A stretch of DNA of 64,000 bases from Lepidodermella squamata. Taxonomy: Eukaryota > Animalia > Gastrotricha. The notes under the pieces are model-generated. The model did not search any database. It saw only the letters and a list, made by a program, of their open reading frames with translations, and was not told the origin of the DNA. Made by a program: the position numbers and the translations under genes. The stretch spans positions 992,001-1,056,000 of the forward strand of contig JBLDXI010000001.1 of NCBI GenBank assembly GCA_047495785.1. Reading direction: 5' to 3'. Of this stretch, positions 49,601-59,062 are shown piece by piece (the first letter of the stretch is position 1; every line of letters begins with the position of its first letter).

Positions 49601-49775
49601 TCGTGAACCGAAACCCAATCGCCACACCCATTCAAATGAAAAGCCTTCCTATTGGGCTTGGGGCTATCTCAGCCTAGTCGAATACTTCAAGTCATTGACA
49701 CCGGATGCTCGTTCTGAGTACGAGCAAGTTCATCATGGTTGTTGTGGTGTTGCCCGAATGGCGATCCAAGCTTAA
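46692..49775 (+). CDS. Intronless 1027-aa protein with N-terminal vWA (MIDAS) domain and long uncharacterised C-terminus
   Basis: Single ORF. IVILDGSGSM (DxSxS), MGSTDM and LLTISDGE form the MIDAS; no signal peptide; TTTTTTAG splice acceptor ending at 46670 suggests a 5' UTR intron; AATAAA at ~49858. Confidence 0.85.
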   Translation: MTKLKLYSVPDGFVGKYLFAPASDAKRQKIQKREIKTIVILDGSGSMGNEVKRLTEDIIPKFLLNLGYGQSDPITLILFESQGHFYDTTPKGIAKLGLRNMGSTDMVKAIEILESVVKSLKSDKPIRLLTISDGELDDQNATVKAVTKLAPLFQHRRTSSKAIRYFTSSANPDTRGMASVLQFNTIDSCNSLIDINAKKKPEEIISEIVNLFRNDGLEYRDEITSDAAIQMLPWDDNCMGSTNIVGGENVFWFKELPRDVRINGEPIEVEECGDVTFSDWQVLETKLKSMAYRLKLLNVVGTDAGAEEVEKAKLYIDKWMQALEAAEQKKNEDKINPDLLHNRMLIFKDKAKRQTRAIFYELSQICNQGKVSALNSAQQAEYLRSVGTGRNSKALARRAFKDGLDFDVVLHDEVEQMRKHLFELDGVDDSSHVPSFYSYATTKAGIKALCELFDDPEIFDTMQPMEILQMINIVGVACQGPVGDFPDPMTWRVRKMFPGTYVSVSDLIVAFSQSGTHDHLTIPQSTEVITNAIPYFEDRRLQNFLQKYAPNMLDYICSIGMRNVLAGVPKTYVYTLASGVWKMVQELDENKFEINVNTFCRLARSFESAASKSFDDVLEVIGDQPPVNGKVMSFYLKNNGVINLIAPMIRLAQAGRLRPPILCRIIRALYSHEIYLVARKSLKEDKRKIQQILGIDLEKYGTPVSDLFVENCKNPRFHDQYHLDEPSFAELASLFWYVDFITLLPELLNCLYRHQDPVQAIKALPKMSEASICKALGITCDLQTFKLLNVVQTVVYDSQQKRWNEAENRMNMIDLGVQEEAEAFIKDYVQSFYKADYERRLAVKEVEEVKAVAAHLVNEMLVSDDLEIFKSMLGNGGEFKGRQHRILNRASVGFDLLDQGLLDLQKDVPLRLEKLRVLLTGRHLDSAVWNRGNVVALVDKEPYAAVFARLNGQAQWAEILEIYRASRHIYREPKPNRHTHSNEKPSYWAWGYLSLVEYFKSLTPDARSEYEQVHHGCCGVARMAIQA

Positions 49776-50059
49776 TTCGCTGATTACTTATTCTAGCTAG
49801 CTTCTTGTGTAAACTGTGACGATGGATTTTTCTTGTAATATGTCGTGTATACTTTTCAATAAACCTCAGTTTATGGATTGAATATCGTTATTTTGCGGTA
49901 GCAGATAACAGTGATAGTTTTATAAAACATGCTTTTCTTGAACTTAAATGATGTGGGATGAGCGAAATTCATTCCCCGTGACGCTGCAGAACTGTGAACG
50001 GCACAAACACAAAGCTGTATGCTCACCTCGCATATACCGCCAAAACTCATTGCAGCAAA

Positions 50060-52007
50060 ATGACTCGTATTTTCCCATTCCAGCATCATGATAAATACGA
50101 TCTAGCAAAAGCAGCAGCAACCGAAATCAAGGACAAAATATCAAAACCACGACTGCTGATTGCTGCTCTTATTGTCACATGCGTCATCGTTATTCCTATC
50201 ATCATAGTCAAAACCACTGAAAGGAATAATGCTTTTTTCAAATTCTCTGTCTCTGATTCTCCACTCGGCAGATACCGATTCGCATCAGTGGCCGCTGACG
50301 CCGAAACTTGCTCTGTTATCGGGACTAAGATTCTTGCCAGAGGTGGCTCAGCTGTCGATGCTGCGATTGCGTCAGCTTTATGCGCTGGAGCTACATACAA
50401 CATGCATAGTGCCGGAATCGGAGGTGGTTTTTTCGCAACTATCTGGCATCAAGACTCACAGCAAGCCTTCACTGTCGACGCTCGGGAGGTCGCTCCACTT
50501 GCCTCAACTGAAAACATGTTTGAGAACATCTCATCAATCGTCGGTCCTTATTCGATTGCTGTGCCTGGTGAGATAGCTGGTTACTGGGAATTGCATAAAA
50601 AGTTTGGCAGAATAGAATGGCGAGAATTGTTTCAGCCTACGATCGACTTATGCATGAGAGGTTTTGCAATCAAGCAGCCGCTAGAGGACGCCATTGTTTC
50701 TCTGTTCCAAAAGATATCGAAAAACACCACTAACACCCCATTTGAACTTGCCGGGTAAGGTTCAAACCTCCTCAAAGATTTTATTACTCATATAGTTTGT
50801 AGGACCACCTTCCGACACCCTGACACCGGAGCTTTTTTGAAGAAGGGTTATGTGTTTAAATGCCCTTACTTGGCTACAACTTTGGCAAGAATAGCTGAAT
50901 TTGGCGGTCACACATTTTACAACGGGACTCTTGCAAGAGATATTCTTGCTGATCTTCAAGACGCAGGTTCGCCAATTACGAAAGCTGACCTTGAGAGGTA
51001 TCGAGTGATTTGGCGAAAACCAATGGACGTGAAATTCGAAGGCACCAACAGGCTTCTGAGTATTAATCCACCTGGAAGTGGACCTCTTTTAGGTTTAATA
51101 CTGAACGTGTTATCGGTAATTTCATCGCAGAATTCTACAGATATCAGCTTATTTATGTTCTTAGGGCTACAACTTGACAAGCTCTGACAGTATGGACCCG
51201 CTATTCTACCATCGATTTGTCGAGACCATGAAATTCGCATATGGCTGGCGTTCGTATTTCGGAGACGAGTCTTTCGTACCTGGCTTGGATGGATTAATCA
51301 CGAATTTAACATCAAGCTCGTTTGCGGAGCAAATTCGACTGATGATTGATGATCGAAAGACTAAAACTACCTCTTACTATTCATCTGACCCGCCGATTAT
51401 TCCTAAGGGTCAACACGGGACGTCTCACGTTTCTGTCATTGATGGGCAAGGTAATGCTGTTTCGCTTACTTCTACGATAAACGTCTATCTCGGAAGTGGC
51501 GTGATTGGTAAAAGAACTGGGATCATTTTTAACGATGAGATGGATGACTTCTCCGTACCTGGGAAGGTTAATTACTTCGGATACCAGCCAAGTGAAGCCA
51601 ATTTTGTACGACCAGGTAAGCGGCCGCAATCATCGATGTGCCCGGCGATAATTTTAAAGCAAGACGAAGAAAGTGGGAAATATCGAGCTAGAATGGTCAT
51701 TGGAGCATCTGGAGGATCGAGGATCACCTCAGGAACAGCTTATGCTGCAGCTAGAATGCTTTGGTTCGGAGAAAACCCGAAACAGGCGATTGACGCGCCT
51801 CGTCTGCATCATCAGCTGATTCCAGAGACCTTGGTTTTCGAACCCAGCGTGCCAGGTCAGCTTCTGGAATCGCTGAAACAGCGAGGACATACAAATCAGA
51901 CAGTGAGAAAGATCATGTGTGTTGTGCAGTCCATCCAAGTTTTAGATGAAGGAACAGTTTTGAGTAATTCTGATTATCGTAAGCAGAGTAAAACTGACGG
52001 ATTTTGA
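50060..52007 (+). CDS. GGT1: Gamma-glutamyl transpeptidase (glutathione hydrolase), type II membrane
   Basis: Exons 50060-50754, 50803-51115, 51165-52007. N-terminal TM, GGSAVDAAIA, GIGGG, DARE.AP, autocleavage HG|TSHVSVID..GNAVS.TSTIN, NDEMDDFS, PGKRPQSSM, GASGGSRI. Confidence 0.95.
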
Positions 52008-53388
52008 GCAAGCAGTCTTCAACTTTCATATTAAGTTCACCTAGTTTTTCTTGGGTTTATTCATCAAGCTCATAGCACCATCATGCCTGTAGTTACTTGA
52101 ACATCACTTTCAGCTTGAGAGCGGCCGCCAAAGAAAGAACGATATGAATATACGAATTACATATGCTATTCGGCAATAAGCGACCAATAGCAGCCCGCCG
52201 TGACGCGGATTGACGTCATTCCATTTTCGCATTATTGCTCTATAAAAGAACCCTGAAAATGTTATTTTATCAAGATTCGGGGTCGCCGTCTTGGCAGATT
52301 AAACGCAGTTCTGAACCTCGTTGGGAGTTCAAACTCTTCCTCCTCACCACCACGTGTCACTAGCGCTAAAAAAGCACGTTACACATACAGTTTTATAATT
52401 AAAACATATCTCCAATCTTCAGAAATGCCCTCTGGTACCTCTTCGGTGTTTCACACGGAAATATCTGTATTTTTTATTCATTTATTTGTATAAGAACTTG
52501 AGTCCAGAAGGAATGCTCGTTAGATAAGTATCGTTGCAGTTCATATAAAGCGTGCAGACAAATCGGATTCAATATCGTTCCATTTCGATTACAGTTGACA
52601 AAATCAGTGGCAATGTCATTAAAATAGGCAATGTGCCACATGCCACAGATCTCTCAAGTAAGTTACTGATCTCATTCGCCATCCCTCATTTCATGAATTT
52701 GGTCTTCATTTTATTTGTGTATAAGTACTTCCTCTTGGATTTCAGTAATCGAGGTCAAAGTAAACAACAGCCGAAAACGACAATTTGTCTTTATCCGGGA
52801 AAGTAATTCCTGATCCTGAAGCAATTATCCGAAAATAGGCGAATGACGCAAATGGACAGCTTCTGTGACAAATTTAACCTGCCATTTACGTCAATGGAGC
52901 GTTAAACCTTCACGCCATTAATACTTGTTAATACTAAAAAGGTGTAACGTTGTAATCATGCTATACTTGCTATACAGAAGGTTATTTTAAACGTGTTAAC
53001 ACGATACACAGAACAAGAACGGCGTTGGCGCGCAAGGTTCACACTTTGGCTGCGTAATTTTTTATTGTTTTGCCGCGCGCGAAACTTGGGTGCAACCCAG
53101 TTTTTTCAAATAAAAGAATTATTGCTTAGGTTGTTTTAAAAGGCGGCTACTTATAATTGATGTGTATACAGCCTCTCTGACGTCATAACGCACCGGGCGC
53201 GCATACCTCCGCTGCGGCCTTAGAAGTGCGTAAGTGTAATACGCCTGTCTCACGTGTGCGCTAAGGCGATGTGATGGCTTATATAAACCAACAAAACACC
53301 ACCCCGAATAAACATCTGAAGTTAAACCTAAAATCAACCAATGAGTCTAGTTAGCATTATCTTTGACTCGTCTATTTTTCAATAAAAC

Positions 53389-56300
53389 ATGTCAATAACA
53401 AACGTTAACGAAAAAGGCGTAGAACATGAAGATAGCGAAAAGCATGATGTGGCTCTACCCATACCGGTCTTGCCGCGATCAATTCTGTCGGTAACTGAAG
53501 CTGAAGATGGAGAATTCCGACCGAAATCGAACAGCGTGGCTGGTAAACGATCGAGATTCGCTGTTTCATTCAGCGAGCAAAAAGTGCTCGAAACCGCAGT
53601 AGTCGCCGAAGAGCCGACGCCGATTGCCGGGCGTATCAACCGTTTATCGGCTCGATTGTCCTCAAGGATGTCGGAACTGTCATCTCGCGTATCGTCTAAC
53701 GAAGATCCAGAGACCCGTTCTCGAGCTGAGAGTATCAAAATGGCGAGGCGTAATTCGGTTATGACGGATAAGCAGGTTGCGTCCCATTGTTGGCAGGGTT
53801 TTGTCGACTCGTGTTGCGGAAGTTTGCTGCAGTGCGGAAAGGATACTGCCCACGAAATGGAAGAGCTGAAAAACGAGGCCAACATCGACGCCCACAAGAT
53901 CAAGATTCGTCAGCTTGAGCAACGTCTTGGAACAAGCTTGAGAACCGGTCTTCGTGATGGTGATGTTCAGACCCGTCTAGACACGTGTGGCTTGAACAAG
54001 ATTCGCCCGCCGCCAACAATTCCGGAATGGTTCAAATTTTGCAAGCATCTTGTCGGTGGTTTCAGCATTATGCTTTGGATTGGCTCAGCTCTTTGCTTCA
54101 TCGCTTATGGTCTTCAAAAGTCCCAGAGTGACGATGTACCCGGTGATAATCTCTATCTTGGTTGCGTGCTGTCAGCTGTCGTCCTAATTACGGCTACCTT
54201 CTCCTACTTCCAGGAAGCAAAGTCTTCGAAAATCATGGACTCTTTCGCGAAGTTCATGCCAACTTTCGCGACTGTAATGCGATCCGGATCCGAAAAGCAG
54301 GTTCCTGTTGAAGAAATTGTGCCTGGTGACCTTACAATTTTGAAAGCCGGTGATAAGATTCCAGCGGATTGCCGAATAATTGCGTGCTCGAATTTCAAGG
54401 TAGACAATTCCTGCCTTACCGGTGAATCCGAGCCGCAAACACGCTCGGCCGAATTCACGAATGATAACCCGCTTGAGACTAAAAATTTGATCTTCTTCTC
54501 GACTTATGCGATCGAAGGCACTGCGACCGCTATTGTTGTTGCCACGGGCGATAACACCGTCATGGGCCGTATAGCTCGTCTTACAACCGGGATCAAGCAG
54601 AAGCAAACTCCTCTCTCCCGAGAACTCGAGATGTTCGTATACGTCATTTGTGGTGAGTAAATTGTCTACTATGTAGATGCTTTTATTCAATGCAATTTAT
54701 TATTTTAGTTTTCGCTTTCACTCTTGGCATCATTTTCTTGATTTGGATCTTGGCCAAGGATGCCAGCAACTGGATCGGTGCTGTAGTTTTCGCCATCGGT
54801 ATCATCATTGGCAACGTGCCAGAGGGTGTCTTGATTGAAATTGCCCTCTGCCTAACTTTGGCCGCAAAGCGAATGGCGAAACGAAATGCCTTGGTCAAGA
54901 ACCTCGAGGCTGTCGAAACTCTTGGTGCAACATCTACCATCTGCTCAGACAAAACTGGAACTTTGACCCAGAACAAGATGACGGTCGCCCATTTGTGGTT
55001 CAACAACGAAATTCACATTGCTGATATAACCAAGGAGCAAATTGTTGGTAGAAAGTATTCTGCCAATGGCGAAGCAAATGGTTGGACAGCTCTGAGTCGA
55101 GTTGCAACCCTATGCAGTCGCGCTGTGTTCAAGCAAAACCAGGAAAATGTCGATATCATGGAGCGGGAATGTATCGGAGATGGTTCCGAGTCTGGCTTGC
55201 TCAAATTCTGCGAACGCTCTCTTGGTTCAGTTGAGCAATACCGTGGTAAATGGCCGAAGAAGGCTGAAGTTCCATTCAGCAGCGCGACCAAATTCCAGGC
55301 TTCAGTTCACAAGCGGTTGGAAGACGGTCGGTTCATCGTTGTCATGAAAGGAGCTCCTGAGCGTGTCATTGATATGTGTAAAACAATGTGGGTTGGCGAG
55401 GCAAATGGCGGTGAGATTGAGATAACCGACGAAGTCAAAGATAATTTCAACAAGGTCTATGCCGAACTCGGTGGAATGGGCGAACGCGTCCTTGGATTTG
55501 CTGACTTCATGCTGCCAGAAAGCGAATACCCGCCTAATTACAATTTCGTTGTCGACCCTGAACCCAACTTCCCGTTAAAAGGTCTTCGCTTTGTTGGCCT
55601 GGTCGCGCTGATGGACCCGCCGAGACCAGCTGTTCCTGATGCCGTGAGAAGGTGTCGCGATGCTGGCATTCGAGTAGTGATGGTAACTGGCGACCACCCT
55701 GTGACTGCGAAAGCCATCGCTAAAATGGTCAACATTTTTTCGCCTAACGCCAAGACTATTGAAGATCTTCCCGCTGGTTCAACTGAGAAGCCGACGGCTA
55801 TTGTCATTCCAGGCGATAAACTTAAGGAAATGTCCCGAGAGCAGCTTGATAGCGTCATTGCCAACTACCAAGAAATTGTTTTCGCTCGCACCTCGCCCCA
55901 ACAAAAGTTGTTGATAGTCGAAGGGTTCCAACGCGCTGGCAATATTGTCGGGGTTACTGGCGATGGTGTAAACGATTCACCGGCCCTTAAGCAGGCAGAT
56001 ATTGGCATTGCTATGGGCATCACCGGCTCAGATGTCTCGAAACAAGCGGCTGATATGATTTTGTTGGACGACAACTTCGCCACCATTGTATTCGCCATCC
56101 AAGAAGGTCGTCTGCTTTTCGATAACTTGAAGAAAACTGTTTGCTACATTTTGGTCGCCAACATTCCCGAAATCGCCGCTGCTCTTTCCTATGTCGTGCT
56201 CGAAGTTCCTCTTCCTATGGGAACCATTGCTATGTTAGTCATTTGCCTGGTCACTGACATGACCCCTGCTGTTATGCTGGCCTACGAACACCCCGAGGCG

Positions 56301-57077
56301 GATATCATGAAGCGAAATCCAAGAAACCCGAAGACTGACTCGCTGATTACTCAGAAAATGATGTCGGTAGCCTATGGTCAGAATGGAATAATGGAAACTG
56401 CTGGTGCTTTCATGGCCTACACCATTTGCCTATCAGAGCACGGCTTCCTCGCTCGTGATGTGTATTGCGTCGGACTGTCCGGTCGTTGGGATAGTCTTGG
56501 TGAGTATAGGAATCATATAGGATTTATCTATTCCTAACTTTTCTTTATTTTATAGCTTTGAATAATCTCGAAGACTCGTACGGCCAAGAGTGGACTTACA
56601 ATCAGCGGAAAGAGCTCGAGCATACCCTATACGGCGTCTATTTCTTGGCAATGGTAGTCATGCAGTGGATCTGTGTTGTCTGCTGCAAAACCCGTCGCAT
56701 GTCAGTGTTTCACCAAGGATGTAAGGATGATCATTCGAATTTTAGGCATTTTATTAAATAATTTTCTTGTTTTTTGTTTCTAGGGAGAAATCACTATCTC
56801 ACCATTGGTATCGTCGTTGAAACAGCTATTGCAGTACTACTATGTTACTGCCCAGGTGTAAATGATGCGTAAGTCTTTTATTTGTCCATTAATCTGGTTT
56901 ATAATATATTCATTATTTTTTCTCTCATTCAGCTTTTTCATGGCGCCCATCCTTGGTTTACACTGGCTACCTGTGTTACCTTTCACGTTATTCTTCCTGA
57001 CAGTGGACCAATTGAGGAAGGTCGCAATTCGAAAAGGTGGCGAAGGCTCGTTTGGAGAGCGAGAATTCCTATTCTAA
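53389..57077 (+). CDS. P2C (Na,K-/H,K-ATPase alpha-like) P-type ATPase with non-canonical ion-binding residues
   Basis: Exons 53389-54652, 54709-56499, 56556-56720, 56784-56868, 56933-57077. TGES, PEG, DKTGTLT, KGAPE, TGDGVNDSPALK and EDSYGQEWTY (beta-subunit-binding loop) are all intact. Confidence 0.95.
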
Positions 57078-57224
57078 TCTCAATAAAATCTTGATCATTT
57101 GACTGATAACTTAACATTAATTGTATAATCTCAATTGCTATCGTTTTTCAGGCCTTGAATACGAAATAAAAAATATCAACAAAATCTGAATTGCTAGTAT
57201 TTTATATTAAAAACATCTAATTCA

Positions 57225-57296
57225 AGGCCCAGGCGGGAATTGAACCCGCGATCTTCTGTTTACGAGACAGACGCTCTACCACTAAGCTACTGAGCC
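57225..57296 (-). tRNA. tRNA-Thr(CGU)
   Basis: Exact reverse complement of 44001-44072. Confidence 0.95.
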
Positions 57297-57747
57297 TGAG
57301 ATGATTCATGCGATATCAAAGTTCTTCCTTAATGCAAGCGGGTCAAATTTCTGAATTTTCCAAGCATCGAGGAAACGCCTAATGGGGTAATCAAAAAATC
57401 GATAAAAGCAACGCTGCCCCTTGGCTTGCCAAAACTAGGATGTAAACAACAACGTTCGATTATCCCAACTATGTTGTATATAGCATGTGACTATATAATG
57501 TAATGCGGCTAATGCATCACGCGCTGGCCATCATGTGACCCGGCGCTTTTTCGCCGCTGTTGAGAGAAGAGCGGCACACACGCGGCCTGAATTCAGACAG
57601 TACAAGCCGCATACACAAGCACTCACCCGCAGAAAATATTCACTGCATATCGCACAACTTTATACACTCGAATCGATAGCAATTATACTTGCATCATTTC
57701 AGAGCTATACAACATATTTTACGCGATTTTTACTGATTTTTTCCAAC

Positions 57748-58250
57748 ATGGCTACTCATCACCACATCGGAAGCATTAGCAGTGCTGGCGACAGTCGATC
57801 AAACAGCGTGAGTAACTGCCCCAACGACCCGAATTGGTTGTTGATTCTTAAAATTGTCCGCCAACACCATTCGCATACTTTGAAATCGCTGCTAACCGAC
57901 GATGCCGTTACAGTAGCGATGAGATTTGCCGACGGGTTGGCTCAACGCAATGGCTGGAAAACTGTCGGATCGCTGGAGAACGACACGGTGAAACTGTACA
58001 CCGAGGCTAACAATTACGGCGAGTCGAGTTATGCCGCTGTTCACGAGACAGTTGAGACTAATATTACGAATCCGTTGAAGACTTACATGGCAACGGTTAT
58101 AACGGTGGTGATGGCGACTGCGTTGCGACGCTACTGTTTCACCTTAACGAGAACAACAGAGCGGAGATGTTGAAAAACTTGCGACTTCTCTGCGTCACTG
58201 GAACGAACAAGCCGGCGGAGAGCGTCAAAAACATGGAGATGGACAAGTGA
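57748..58250 (+). other. Candidate ornithine decarboxylase antizyme-like sequence split over two reading frames (gene or pseudogene)
   Basis: The frame from ATG 57748 gives WKTV...LYTE...SYAAVHETVE; the -1 frame from 58062 gives ESVEDL...LLFHLNENNRAEMLKNLRLL. These resemble antizyme WRAV...LYIE...SFA.LLEFAEE...ICFHKNREDRAALLRTFSFL in the same order. TATA-like element ~57492, AATAAA ~58356. Confidence 0.45.
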
Positions 58251-58990
58251 GATCAGGCGCTCACCTTTGATATATTCGAACTTTTTACCTCAATGGATTA
58301 CTATGCTATGATCTCAGAAAAACTTCCTTACATTGTGCTTTTGTTTCTTTGATTCAATAAATTTAATTGTATGCATTTGATTTTGTTTCGGATATGTTGC
58401 AGATGAGAAAATCCGCAAACATATTTGACAGGTGATAAGACAACATATTCTAGTTCTGATTTTCCAACTCTAATTCTCCAGGGAGAGCTTGTATATGTGA
58501 AATGAGGAATGAGTTAAATATTGGATTCCAGCGCTGAATTTGAGACTTTTGCACTAGATTTCCTAAAAATATGGTTTTTAGAGTTTCACATCTTCCCTAG
58601 AATCTCAATGTGTTGTCATCGGCCTAACCGATAGATCTCAATATTATGCGCATTTTGCGCTATGAGCGGTCAGATTACGAGTCATACGTCAGGCTGCAGA
58701 GGTGATATCGATTCCAAGTACTTATCGATTTTAAAAATCAGTGATTTTCCCGATTTTCTAAATACTCACAAAAAAAAGTATTTCTACCTAGTTGGTGGTA
58801 CCCGGTAGCTGAAATAGAAAATCCCATGAACATGTGGACATCAATATCAATTAACAATCGAAAAAGCCGAAATCGCAACAAAAATCGGTAAAATTCAGTG
58901 CTGGAACCTCAATTTTAGAGGTGCAAATATTTAGACGCATGACTAATGTAAGCTGTGGTCGAATGTCGGATCAAAAATTTCGCTCATCGG

Positions 58991-59062
58991 AGGCCCAGGC
59001 GGGAATTGAACCCGCGATCTTCTGTTTACGAGACAGACGCTCTACCACTAAGCTACTGAGCC
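58991..59062 (-). tRNA. tRNA-Thr(CGU)
   Basis: Identical to the other two copies over 72 nt. Confidence 0.95.
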
